64,000 nt of DNA, taken from positions 1 to 64,000 of the forward strand of contig CAXHJY010000021.1 of the NCBI GenBank assembly GCA_964016885.1, given 5' to 3'. Positions 23,912-36,812 of the stretch are shown here, in pieces (position 1 is the first letter of the stretch; each line of letters begins with the position of its first letter). The DNA comes from Eledone cirrhosa (taxonomy: Eukaryota). Below the pieces are notes generated by a model that did no database searches, had not been told where the DNA came from, and saw only the letters and a list, made by a program, of their open reading frames with translations. The translations under genes were made by a program, and so were the position numbers.

Positions 23912-25419
23912 CTAATAAAGTGAGAGAAAAAAAACATGGGTAGAATAAATATTGAACAAGACAAATTGTTATTTTTCAAAGTATTTTTGACAGTTTTAAA
24001 CATATTTGATAGTAACATGGCTGAAATAAGATGGAAAAAAAACAAACATTGCAGCTCATACCTATACAGGTTTAGTTGCCCTCCTACAAGGTTGCATCTC
24101 ATAGGCAGTATTTCAGGTGTTTTAATGATAGGGAGCCCCCAGTCATATAAAAAGCAGCATGAAATGAAGCATCTTTCCCCAAAACACAATACATTGTCTG
24201 GTACTAGAATCAAACCCACATACTTATGATTGTGAGTTCAACACCTAACCACTAAACCATGCACCTTGATTAATGTGACAGTTTTATTATCACTATATTT
24301 TACTGTTTAAAAAAGGAGAGTAGGACAGCGCCCATTACCCTTTATTTTTCAGGAAGAAGGGAGGAAATTCAGGTTGAACCAGAGAGCTTGCCTGAATGTT
24401 TGCAATAGGGTAAACCCTGTTAAACGCACCCAAGGACCAGATGCTGATGTTAACCTGAACAATGGAATAAGTCTACCGTTCAAAAACTCAGAATGCAAAC
24501 ACCATAAAGAACTTTGTCCAACACTCACGTTGCTGCTAATACATTTCCCTGGACTAGTGCTGTATTTTATTGACACAAAGGATGAAAGGGATAGCTGACT
24601 TCGGCAGACTTTTAACTGGGAGTATAGAGAGCCAGAACAAATAAAGCAACTAACTATTTTAAGAGTAAAATGTGGAACATTTCACAAATTTATTTACCAT
24701 CCTTGCATAGCAGCTATGCTAATCTTCACTGTAACATTCAAATTTTAGAATAACTAATGCTAAACTATTAGAAATATCTTTTATAGCACACTTAATATTC
24801 CTAAGCAATTATCATCAACATTCATTTTCCACGTTTGCATGGATTAGACAGGTTGTCAAATTATGAGACAATTCAGGTCAGGTGACCATGCCTTGCTCAC
24901 ACAGATCTGTATTTTGGCTTGGTTTCTATGACTGGGTGACCTTACTACCAACCATGATTCAGTGTGGATTGGGTGTTTTTTATGGTGGCGCTGAAACAAT
25001 CAGTTAAAAGAGTGGACTGGGTGCTCTTTGTCATGTCACCTGCAAGACCACCTTACAGGGTGGACTGGACACTTTGTTGTCACCAGTAAATATGATCATC
25101 TTAATGGGTGGACTGGGTTCTTTTTCTTGTGTGACCCTCACAACCACCTTACAGGGCAGACTGGGTGCTTTTTCTCATGTAACCATCACAAGATGGTCAA
25201 TTTAAAACAACTAAATATAGAGAGTATGTAAATTATTCATACATTTTTTCAGTCAACAGAGAAATATGTAGTAAAGACGTGTATACATATATAAATGTGT
25301 GTGTTGATACACATAATTCTTCAACTTTGGTTAAATATTGTACTGTTTGTGTACAGATATGAATTTATAGTATATTTCAGCTGTTTAGTGCACAATTTCT
25401 TCTATACATCCGCTACAGG

Positions 25420-25720
25420 TGCCATGACAAAGTTTTTCCTCTAGCTCACCCTGTCCAACGAGCCCTCTGAATTTCCCCAGCCTCCAACTTGATGTCATTT
25501 TCAAGAACATCCTTCAGCGTCGTGGTTGGTCTCTCAACTCGTCTGCACTCATCAGAATTCCAGAAAAGACTGCCATTAGGTTCATTTGACATTTCACATG
25601 TCCAGCTAATGCAAGCCTCCTACACAATGTGATGTCAGAAAGGCGAGGGTATGAACAGTAGAGTGATTTATTTGCTACGTGTGTTTTCCAGGATATATTC
25701 TGGACGTTTCTTAGCATTTC
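25420..25720 (-). mobile_element. Decayed 3' fragment of another RTE/RTEX-like LINE
   Basis: MLRNVQNISWKTHVANKSLY…RRLALAGHV… post-RT motif. Confidence 0.6.
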
Positions 25721-26207
25721 TATGACTGTGCACAATTTAACAGATATTAATTAGTGAGTTATGGCCAGGCCATTCTTGAGCACTACTGATAAAATGTAAC
25801 CCAGTACAACCTGCCACTTGGACATATCTTCAGCTAGTAAACCAGCTTTCTTGGTGAGGAGGGTGATTTTTGACACCCTGCAAGATGAAAAACAAAACCT
25901 GTCAAAGGGCAGAGGAATTCAGGAGAATCAACAGCCATCCAATATAGGTAAATGGGACACCTTAGCCACTTAGGTGACAACCTTTCAAGAAGCCAATAGC
26001 TTTCAGGTTTGTGATGAAGGGGGGTGAGCTCTGGCTCAGTAGCCAACTTCCAAGTAACAGTCAAATGAGGATTCGGGATCCAGCAATGTCACTTTTTGCC
26101 AATGAGAGTCATGAACATATAGCCTGCCGATGGGCCTTGACCCACAGTAATGAGGAGAAAAGACTAGACCAAACCAATTTATGAGTATAAACAGTAATTT
26201 TGCTTCA

Positions 26208-26565
26208 TTATCATCATTTAACATCCATTTTCCATGCTAGCATGTTAGATGAGTTGTCTTGTTGTAAGACAAATCAGAACAGATGACCGTATCTTGCTCA
26301 TACAGAACTGTTTCTAGCTTGGTTTCTATAGCTGGATGCGCTTCTTAACGCCAACCACATTTACAGCATGGACTGGGTGCTTTTAGTCATGTCACCAACA
26401 TGACCACTTTACAGGGTTGACTGGGTGCTTTTTGTTGTGTAACTAACAACCACTTTACAGGATGAAGTTGTTTTTTTTTTTGTCCTGTCAGCAATACAAC
26501 CACTTTACACTGTGGACTGGGCACCAAAATGCCCAACAGACTGGGTCGACTGGGTGCTTTTTGCT
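26208..26565 (-). mobile_element. RTE long-3'-UTR fragment with amplified ~50-bp internal unit
   Basis: (CAT) tail, GGATGC.CTTC.TAACGCCAACC, then 4-5 repeats of ACCACTTTACAG..TGGACTGGGTGCTTTT. Similar fragments at 14850-15130 and 24810-25190. Confidence 0.7.
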
Positions 26566-26599
26566 TACAGAAACTATTTCAAAAGTATGTAAAACTTAC

Positions 26600-26799
26600 C
26601 TGATAAACAACTGTTGGACAAATTGCCAGTAGCTACACTATTCCAATAAGAATCTGAAGGTGATTGGTTGCTATTTCCTGCTGGTGGCTGTGGTGTCTGA
26701 CCGGTATATCGAAAGTAAGGATTTTTTAAATCAAGTGAATTGGTAGATTTTGTATTGGTTCCTGGTATATTTAACTCAATATCAACATCGTAACTTTGT
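26600..26799 (-). CDS. CARM1: CARM1 exon ([39 protein letters not shown]…CLS)
   Basis: 200 nt, phase 2-1, tgcAG/GTaagt; LDLKNP.FRYTG signature. Confidence 0.95.
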
Positions 26800-27446
26800 C
26801 TGCAATAAAATAAATAATTATCTAACTTGCTTATCATATCCACAAAACACTTACATATAAACACATTTATTTGCTTTCTTTATTCATATAGATTAAAAAA
26901 GGATGAGGGTGCAGAGAAACAACACTAATGTTATTTACTCCTCATCAAATAACCCATGAATAAATTTACCCTGAATCAACCAATATCTACAAACCTAAAC
27001 TTAACTTACTTACAATATGCCTTTTGCAACTGGTAAATAGTATCATCCATGGAAACATTGTTTCTTTGGTCTGATTTGACAAGTTCCACCCCACTTGGTA
27101 AGCCAATGAGATCTGGGAACTTGTCGATCAATTCGATCAATCATCAGGCTGCAACAGCCCAAATTTCTTTCACACCTTAAATTAAACTAAGTCAAAAACA
27201 GTTTTACCTTACACAAAGAAAGGGCTAGTAAAAAAAGGAAAAGAGTTGACCGTTAGATTGGACTGAAGAAATTGTTTACATTGACCATTCCATTTCTGAT
27301 ACTATCTGCTGATCGCAAGTTCGAGTGGGGGCTAGAATTTGGATTCTAAATGCACAGAACCAGATTAGATATATCTAACTAACATTTCTGCCAATTCATC
27401 ACCCCTGGACTGTACTTTATTGATAAGCTAAATATATAAACTAAGT

Positions 27447-27965
27447 CATCCTCACCACCACTATTTTACATCTGCTTTTCCATGTTTGCATAGGTTGGAA
27501 GTTATTTTTCAGCATAGCATCCCCCCCCCCCCCACACTTCCTTTTCTCTGTAAGCTTCAGTGATTTGAGATCAGCTCTCACCAACTCCATTGCTCTTCTT
27601 CGGCTTCTTTCCACTTCACCCAATAATCATCATCCATGCACATCACGTGCCCATAACAAAACAGTCTTATCTTTAGCATACCACATCTGATTCCTCTTAT
27701 ATCTAGTTTTTCTCTCAGTTCATCCATACTAAGTCATTCATGTACATTAACATTGCCCATCCATCAATGCAAGCTCACTTCATTTCTCCTTAAGCTTCAT
27801 TATATCTTCTACACTCACAACCCATATCTCTCTACCAAACAGCATCGGACTTCATACTGTTGTCAACAGAGGTCGTAGCTCCCTGAACTTTTTTCATTCT
27901 ATTCTCAGAGCAAAACAATCCATTGTTAATTACATCACCTAGGTAGCTGAAGCTATCAACCATTT
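27447..27965 (-). mobile_element. Old decayed RTE 3' fragment (short-UTR type)
   Basis: Degenerate VDSFSYLG…KKFRELRPLLT…RLFCYGHVM; tail directly after the ORF end. Confidence 0.7.
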
Positions 27966-28020
27966 CTATATTTCTTGGGATTGGAAACGATTAACAAATA
28001 CCAGAAAGTGAATACCTTAC

Positions 28021-28158
28021 CTTTTATTGCATCGTAGAAGTACTTTTCCTGTCAGTGTTTGTCCTTGTTTTACTAAAACTGGTGTTTGCACAAGACAGCG
28101 TACCTGGTACCAATGAGTAAGAGCTTCCGTGGGGGCAGTTGACAACCACACAGAGTTG
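28021..28158 (-). CDS. CARM1: CARM1 exon with THW loop ([46 protein letters not shown])
   Basis: 138 nt, phase 2-2, tttgtAG/GTaagg. Confidence 0.96.
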
Positions 28159-28294
28159 CTACAAAATAGCAACAAAATACAATGATAGCAATAAAAAAAA
28201 TTAAAAAAACCATAAAAGACATATTCTGGAAATTATTAACAAAAGGTTCAACAATTTCAAAATTCTGCTTTTCGAAAGAATTAATGTTCACGTG

Positions 28295-28620
28295 ATGATA
28301 TGGACTAACATCCTAAGACCAAATAGACGTACAACCAATAACTTCCAAGTCTCTAACAATGACATACCACTCCTGTATGGGCTCCACAAAGACTATAAAA
28401 CAACTACTGACCCTATAACAGGAGCACCAACAAGACTTGTCTGCAGAGCTAATATCGCCAGCAACTACAGGATCTCCTACTTCCTCTCTATGGTTATGCA
28501 CTCCATAATTAAGATGTCCCCAATGTATGTGACAACATCAATGATTGCAACCACACCGAAGACCTGACAAACTGCATAAAAGGCAGCATGGATGTAGTGT
28601 CCCTGTACCCATCCATTGAA
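28295..28620 (+). mobile_element. Penelope-like element RT fragment
   Basis: IPLLYGLHKDYK…PTRLVC…N..ISYFL and downstream GSMDVVSLYPSI are typical PLE RT motifs; contains frameshifts and deletions. Confidence 0.7.
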
Positions 28621-28627
28621 CTTTTTA

Positions 28628-30360
28628 GCGTGTTACCTACACAGCCACATTACAGCGTGGACTGTGTTTTTTTGTCATGACACCTACACGATCTCAATCT
28701 CATTATCTCATTTATTTGGACTGGATGTTTTAGTACCAACTTTACAGAGAAAGGGTGGTGTTGGTGGGAGTGGGAGGATGGAGTAGGGGTAGTGGATTGG
28801 GGTGTATATTTGGTTAAGAGGTGCCTACTGACTGTAGGTTTCGCTTTGTACATAGGCAAGGCAGGTCTTCTGTATTACTGCATCGCACCAAAGATCTCAG
28901 TCCAGTGACATTGTCTTAGAGAGGTGCAAGTGTGTAAGGTCGTAATTTATCAACTCGTCCTAGGTTTTTCTGGGTCTACCTATTCCATAACTTCCATCAA
29001 TTTTGATCGCCTTGCACTTTTTTATACAGCTGTCGTCTTTCATGTGCATCACGTGACCGTACCAACATAGTCTTCTCTCATGTAAACAACATCTGATCCC
29101 TCTTATTCCTAATTTCTCACTTAGTTCGTTTATGTTTTACCGTTCACGTATATTATTATTACACATCCAACGGAGCATGCATGCTTCATTCCTTTTGAGT
29201 CTGCGCAGGTCCTCTGCACACAATGCCCATGTCTCACTGCCATGTAGCATTGCTGTTCGTATACAGGCATCATACAATCTGCCTTTCATTTTTAGAGAGA
29301 AACCTTTTGTGGCCAACAGCAGTATAAGCTCTCTGAACTTTTTCCATCCCGTTCTGACTCTGGCTACTGTACTTTCAGAGTACCCTCCACCACTGCTGAT
29401 TTTGTCACCCAGGTAATGGAAAGTGTCCACTATTTCTGGGCAATAGGAGCTAGTATCTTGTGGGCACTTGCTACTTATTGCACCTGAGCATTGGCCACAT
29501 ATAAAATCTACGTTCTTAGATAGTTTACCTGTGATCCCACTACATCTTTTATGTACCCATAGTTTGCATTTGGGACATAAAATGAAATTTCTACCTACTC
29601 CTTTCCTACACACTGAGCATGGCAATTTCCCAGAGGGCACCTGTGCCCTATTTTCCTTTCTACATACTAGAACTTTAGTCTTAGACAAGTTAACTTTAAG
29701 GCCTTTTGATTCTAGGCCATGCTTCCATGTTTGGAATTTCTTCTCTAGTTCAGACATCGATTCAGCTATGAGAGTTAGATCATCTGCATATAGGAGTTCC
29801 CATGCTCTTAAACTCCTCTGTTATAGCCTGAAGGGCAATAATAAATAAGAGGGAGCTAAGGACAGAGCCTTGATGAACAACTTTTACACTAAATTCTTCA
29901 CTATATTCACTGTTAATTCTAACCTTACTGACTGTTTCTTTATACATGGCTTGTATAGCTCTCACAAGCCATTCATCTACACCTAGTTTTCTAAGAGCCC
30001 ACCAGAACTAATCTTATTTTAATTATTCTGTCATTCACTCTATTTACGTCAATTACCTTATCTACCCATTTTTCAGCCAACATAATTCCTACTCCACCCA
30101 GTCTGTTGTCATTTCCCACCCAGAAAAGTTTATAGCATCGTTTTTTACCCACAATGAATCTAGCAGACCCACCTCTCCACCTAATCTCTTGAACACAACA
30201 AACATCAACTTCCTTACGTTCAAGAATCTCTACAACCTCATTTGAGCAGCCTTTCAATGTGCCTACGTTCATGGTACCAACTCTGAAGTTGGGTGGGTGG
30301 AATGGATGGGTTGGAGGGGCAGGGTGTGGGAGACGGAATTATATTGGTCATCCATGTCTG
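28628..30360 (-). mobile_element. Internally deleted RTE copy (APE N-terminus fused to mid-RT), with PHD insert
   Basis: NVGTLKG…VCCVQEIRWRG…IIKIRLVL joins at about 30006 to WWALRKLGVDEW; YADD; CSVC..CPKC..H..C..CGQC; long 3' UTR without its tail. Confidence 0.88.
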
Positions 30361-30513
30361 AAATATATATAATCATCATCGATTAACGTCTATCTTCCAT
30401 GCTAGCATGGGTTAGATGGGTTCCATTTAGTGGCAAGTTGGGTCAGGTGATTGTGTCTCAATCATATAGGAGTGTTTCTGGCTGGTTGCCCTTCCTAATG
30501 CCAACCACATTGA

Positions 30514-30547
<34 letters not shown>

Positions 30548-30551
<4 letters not shown>

Positions 30552-30740
30552 TCATTTTATTATGGCTAAATAGTGAGCCTTGTTACTCTGGAGTTTTACC
30601 TGCTTATCACAGGGGCATCTGATGACCCCTTGCAAAACTCCAGAGTAACAAGACCCATCATTTAACCTCAACAAAATGAATATTTAAACTATACTTCAGT
30701 ATTGACTACTCTTTTCTCTCAGTTGTCAACTACATACGGG
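30548..30740. repeat. Microsatellite-embedded hairpin element
   Basis: Imperfect arms ATATTCATTTT…CTTGTTACTCTGGAGTTTT / AAAACTCCAGAGTAACAAG…AAAATGAATAT; inner GGGGCATC-T-GATGACCCC; tail CTATACTTCAGTATTGACTACT resembles the tails at 7272 and 10577. Confidence 0.65.
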
Positions 30741-32080
30741 TGTGTGTGTGTGTGAAAAGTTATATATATATGGCCACATAACTTTCCACACTTGATATCT
30801 GTGACAATTTAATACCAACATGATGTATTTCAATCCTTCTTTGTTAATAGGGACTAAAGCTTTTTCTAGCTTGGTTGCTGGAATATTCTTGAAGTTAAAT
30901 TTTTAGTGAATGTAAGAACAGACATAACTATGTAGTTGAGAAGTTTACTTTGCAGCCATATGGCTTATGGTGCAATATATATATATATACATACACACAT
31001 CATCATTTTCAAATTCTATTTCTGGTGCTCTATTAAATGTTTGCACACAAATTCTGTAAAATACTAGGTCCACCTATATAAAAGACTTGATAAGTATTGA
31101 TATAAATTTTATTATTCCACAGCTTATCTTTATCTATTTGAAAATTACTTTGAAATTTAATCTGGGTAACATTTGCAAAATTGATGAGCAGCGTGGCCTA
31201 GTAGTAAGGGTGTTAGACTTACGATCATAATGTCGTGGGTTGGATTCCTGGACTGGGTTGTGTATTGAGTTCTTGAGAAAAACACTTCATTTCACATTGC
31301 TCTAGCATACTCAGCTCAAAATGAGTACCAACAGTAGCTGGAGGTCTACTCTGCAATGGACAAGTGTCCTGTCGAGGGAGGAGTCTTGTATTATGTCGCT
31401 TCACACCACAAAAACCAAGATAAGCACTGGCTTCATGACCCTCTGATTTCAAGACAGACTTTAGACTTAAGGAAATTTCCCATATAATCTGTTTTTTACA
31501 AATATGGTTAGTTGAACTTAAGGAGATGAGCTATTATATTCAATGGTTATTTTATAACTAAGTTTTACTAAGTGCCATGATAATACAATGAAATGAAATT
31601 TACAGCTCAAACCTATGTGAGCTGTAAATTTCACCAAATTTTGTCCAACTGATAATGGTAAGAGTTGAACAAGTATTATTGAGCCAGTGTGTTTTTATCC
31701 AGTCATTAACCTTTTTAGAAGAACCTCTACATGGTTGCACAATCTCCGAGAAATAGCAGTCAAATATACTTCAAATCAAACCCCATCTTGATCTAACAAG
31801 AGAGGTTCTACATAGTAATTTGATCTGCCTAAAAGAGCAGTCAAATTTCCATCAAATAGAACTATACCATATTGAAAAAGGCACACACAAACACTGGATC
31901 AATTGGAGACAATTGCTTCTGACAGGACTCACTGGAAAGAGTGTTTGAAGACTCTTCTCCAACAACCAGGAATAAGTGGGCAAAGAAAAAGTATATATAT
32001 ATATTTCTTTATTCACCCTACTATATTTATTATTTGATTAATTTCTAAGTACAAATATATATATATATAGATAGATATAT

Positions 32081-33810
32081 CATCATCATCACCGTTTAAC
32101 GTCCATTTGTCATGCTTGCATGGGTCAGACAGGTCTTCTGCATCGAAAGACAAGTCTGACCAGAATTGGCCATGCCATACCTTGTTCCAATGGGACTGTA
32201 AATTTGGCCAGGGTTCTGTCTAGGTCTTTCTTGGTCTCCTTCTACCAAAACTTCCTTCCACTTCTTCAACCAACAATTACTATCCATGTACATCTTATGT
32301 TGAAACCAATGCAATCTTCTTTCCTGCACACTACCTCAAATTACTCTTAAACCCACCTTCTCCTTCAACTCGCCCAAGCGCTGCCTCTCTCTCTCACTTA
32401 CATTGCACATCCAACAGAGCATGGTTGCTTCATTTCTCTCCACAACCACAGCTCGTGTTTTACTACCATGCAGCATTGCACTTCGCACAGAGGCGTTATA
32501 CAGTCGTCCTTTTTTTAAGTAGGGAGAAACCTTTTGTGGTCAACAGTGGGAGTAGCTCTCTGAATTTTTTTCATCCTATCTTTATTCTAGTTATTATGCT
32601 CTTAGAGCCCCCCACTCCATTGCTAATTAGGTTGCCTAGATAGCAGAAGCTATCAACCACTTCTATGGGTCATTCCTGTGACTGGAATAGGCTTACATTA
32701 CTGGTTATCTTCCCTTTGGTTACCACTGTGCATCCTCTATAAACAAAGTCTTCCCTTCCTGCTAGTTTATTCGTTATCCCACTACATCTCATGTATCTTA
32801 AATTTAAATTATGCCTACTCCCTTTCTACATATTGGGCAGAGCCACTTCCACAAAGGAATCAGGGTCCTATCTTCTCTCTTACTCACTAACATTATAGTT
32901 TTGGCTAAGTATACTCTTAGGCCTTTTGATTCTAAAATTTGTTTCCATAGTCGGAACTATGGAATGGATTCAGCTACAAGACCAGATATTCTGTATACAG
33001 AAGTTCCCATGGGCAGCCGATCTTAAACTCCTGTTATAACTTGGAGGACTATAATGAATGGTAGTGGGTTAAGAACCGAACCTTGACAAACTCCTACTTG
33101 TACCTCACTAAACACATTTCCTACTCTCACTTTGTTGACAGCTCCTCTACATAACTTGCACTGCTCTCACCAACCATTCTTCAACATCTAATTTCCTTAA
33201 GGACCATCAGAAAACAGATCGGGGGTACTCTGTCAAATTCTTTTTCTAGGTCAACGAAAGCTAGGTATAGTGGCTTATATTTGGCTAAAAACTTCTCTTG
33301 TAGTTTCCTCAATAAAAAGAGAGTGTCTGTAGTACTTTTCCCAGGCATGAAACCAAACTTCATCTCATCTAATTTGATTCTTTCTCTAATTAGCTGCACT
33401 ATAACTCTTTCTGTCACTTTCATAACTTGATCTGTTAGTTTTATTCCTCTGTAGTTGCTCCTCTCTAGAGCATCATCTTTGCACTTGTAGCAATTTATAT
33501 TTGTACTGATGTGCCAGTCATTGGGTATGACGCCATCATGTATCACCTGATTGACTATGAAGGTCACTAGTTTGACTCCTACTTCTTTCGATGCTTTTAG
33601 CATTTCAGCAGTTATCTCTGATGGTCCTGCAGCTTTACCATTTTTCATCTCTTTAATTTCTTCTTTAACCCTATAAGTGTCAACTCCAGTGGCGGGCTCT
33701 TTTAATGGGTGGGTTGGGGGTAATTTCTCTTCCTTCCATTTATTCTCTACTTTCATCAGTCTCTCAGAGTAACATTTCCAGCCCTCTTTCTTTTGAGTAT
33801 TAGTGGTGCT
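32081..33810 (-). mobile_element. Decayed 5'-truncated RTE copy (short-UTR type)
   Basis: ORF-track 33181..33828 RT motifs (NYRGIKL, AFVDLEKEFD); (CAT)n tail at 32081; multiple frameshifts. Confidence 0.88.
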
Positions 33811-33922
33811 AAATACACTGAGACTCACAGAGACGATGGCAAGGGATCACATGTGGAGAGATGCTGTGCTGAAAAGACCCGCCCAACCCATACAAGCGTG
33901 GAAAAATGGACATAAAAATGAT
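33811..33922 (+). mobile_element. Short RTE 3' fragment, head-to-head with the previous copy
   Basis: …WRDAVLKRPAQP-like end, then ACCCATACAAGCGTGGAAAAATGGACATAAAAATGAT terminus. Confidence 0.7.
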
Positions 33923-34083
33923 TTTATATATATACACACACACACAACTTTTTAAAATGCAATAAAACAACTGACACAGACTTAACAGCTGACAAAATTT
34001 CTCTAAACACAAGCCTGAAAGGAAAGGTAAAGCAGAAGTCTTAAATTCAAAATAAAACATTATATACAGACATGAATACATAC

Positions 34084-34259
34084 TTTGTGCCAAAAAAGGC
34101 AACATCAAACCAAAAGGCGAGACCATGTACAAGTCCTGACTGCATCATACTGAAGGTCAAAGGAATGTCAATGATGTGAAGATCTTGTTCTTGAGCTTTC
34201 TGGAAGTCAACCACGTGTTTGTTAGATTTAGCAAGGCATATTCGGATGTCAAAAGTATC
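34084..34259 (-). CDS. CARM1: CARM1 exon ([12 protein letters not shown]…[18 protein letters not shown])
   Basis: 176 nt, phase 0-2, ctttcAG/GTatgt. Confidence 0.95.
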
Positions 34260-35331
34260 CTGAAAGAAAAAAAAAGAAAATTGTCAATTCAGTCAATAAA
34301 CTCAAAAGATGAAATTAAAAAGCAAGGAGAAGGGAGATGTTGGTTACAATTAATTGAAGAGCTGTTACGGCAAATCATCACTTCAATCATTCACTTGCTA
34401 GAAATAGCAACCAACTATCCCTCAAATTACATCTTGCAGTCTTACTTTTATACCAGCCCTCCTGATACTAAGCTGTTTATATTAATTCTAAAAACCTTTT
34501 ATATTTTTTCATGTAAGAACCTTTGTTAACCCTTTTTATATCAACCCACCTGAAACTAGGCTGATATCAAATGTTTATTTCTTGAATCCCATGCAAAATT
34601 CTGAAATTCGTCATCGATTCCTTCCAAAAGGTGCCTCAGTTGATTACATATTCCGCAGACCACTAAGTGAACTAATCCACAATGCTACAATACCAGCAGC
34701 TTTCCCAGGATCCAAGATAGTACAAATGAGCTGATATCAACTCCTTGCATATAAGAGGAGGTGTATTGTTGGAATCGTGACTGGTTGACAAAATCTCTAC
34801 TGGATGGTTGTGATTGCTGTGCATGAGTGGCCTCTGTAAGTGAGGCTATGGCTCCACTAGTTGGAACTGATTCAACCCATCTTGAGTGAATGTGAATACA
34901 AATAGTTTAAAACTTTAAGATTCTTTTCCTACTACATCAAGCGTTAAACTAATATACTGTATTGTTTGGTTTTGTTGTTTTCCCTTTACCATTTTTGCAT
35001 ACATATAAGTACTCACCCCACAGCTATTTTCACAATTCCAAAAATTGTTTGTACAAGAAAAAGAATTGATTGACAAGATCCCATACTCTCTTACCAAGTT
35101 GGATGGAACTCGGTAAATTACACCAAGGAAACAATATTTCCATTGATCTTTCCATTGCTGATACTATCTGCTAGTTGTAACTCTTGGCAGAAACAGCAAT
35201 GTGAAATAAAGTACCTTGCTCAAAGACATAACGCAACACTCTCACGATTGCAAATCCAATTCTCTAACCATTAAAAACCATAAATAAGCGAGTACATGAA
35301 ATTAGAGCCATATATAAGTGATTGTACTTAC

Positions 35332-35413
35332 GACAATAGGTTGCCTAAAATATTCTGTAACAGCGGCATTTCTTAAACTTATGAGGTTAACGCCATGGAA
35401 TGACTCTTGATAC
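35332..35413 (-). CDS. CARM1: CARM1 exon ([27 protein letters not shown])
   Basis: 82 nt, phase 2-0, AG/GTaagt. Confidence 0.96.
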
Positions 35414-36721
35414 CTAAAATAATAAACCTTTTTGTTACAGTAGTTAATACACCAATAAACAAAGAAAACAAGGTGAAACAATATCAATAAAAACATTGTT
35501 TATAAAGTAGTAAATTAATAGTATAAATTATAAAATGAAAAAAAAATTGTTTTAGCTGGCCTCCTACAATGGTTGCACCTCACTGGAGGTTTCTTTGGTG
35601 TTTTAATGATAGGGGCACCAGTCCAGTCCTATCATGCAAAGACCCACCACTCCTGGTATTCATTATTTTTGGAGGGAGGATACCATTTGGTTTCATATGA
35701 GAACAGATAATTTTATTCAGCTAATAAATACATCCATACCCTCCAGCCTTAATTTAAGAAAAAGAAAAAATGTCACCATCATTTTTATATTTTAAAACTT
35801 TTTGAGGCAGATTTCTTTGATCATCCACCCTTCCAGACGCTAACTCTGTCTTGTCCTTTTTAAAAGTAATTTTGCACTTCTAACTGTTGAGCTATGGGAC
35901 ATCTGTTTAAGTAGGACATAAAAAATCAGCTGCACTAGAGATGATACACACACACACATATACATATACTTTAGTGGACTGGAGCAAGATGAAATGAAGG
36001 GTCTTGCTTCAAGACACAACATGCCACCTCTTTCAGGAATCAAACCCATGATCTTATGATTGTGTGCCCAACACCGTAACTACTAAGGCCATGCACCTTC
36101 AAAACTTTTGTTGGCCAAGATACTAAAATGACGTTTCTCTCATTAAATGGTAAAAAAAAACTTCAAAAGACACTACTTTATTTAAATAAAGTGAATAAAA
36201 TAAATCAAGTTTTACATTATTTTCTGTTTCTTGTGTAGGGACTGAAAAATGGAAAAAGTATCCCCAAAAGATATAACCACAGCAAATAGCTATAGTACTG
36301 AACATATAAATGCAGGTTGTGTGGTTAAGCAGTGTCTTTCACAACTATGTGCTACTGAACATAGATACAGGTATTCCTGTGTGGTTAAGAAGTGTCCTTC
36401 ACAACCATGTGGTTTCAGGTTCCCTGCCACTGCATTGCACTTTGAGCAAGGGTCTTCTACAATGGCCTCAAATTGATCAATACCTTATAAGTGAAATTTG
36501 GTAGACAGAAACCATAGAAGCCCATTATACACACGTGGTGTGTGTGTGTGCATGTGTGTTATGTTCTATAAATTAACAGGGATAAATAAAATAAGTATCA
36601 TCGTTTTTTTAGTGGGGAGGAAGGATGTATTTGAGGTTGATGACTCTGGAATGACTGAAACTAGTAAAAGAAAAAAAGAACAAAAAATGAGCAGCAAAAC
36701 TGATGAAATCAAAACAGTTAC

Positions 36722-36812
36722 CAGAAGTTTGCTTTAGAATATTGTTCCATATATAAGGCTTCATCAGTAAAAGGAGCAACATGGAGATCTCCTTGTGTAG
36801 GAAACATCCGAC
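36722..36812 (-). CDS. CARM1: CARM1 exon ([31 protein letters not shown])
   Basis: 91 nt, phase 1-2, AG/GTaact. Confidence 0.96.

Noticed and set aside
24340-24560. Candidate extra CARM1 exon (minus-strand ttgttcAG acceptor at about 24455)
   Set aside because: In the required phase 1 it gives an immediate stop (GGT TAA) and has no CARM1 similarity; the 23911 acceptor fits better.
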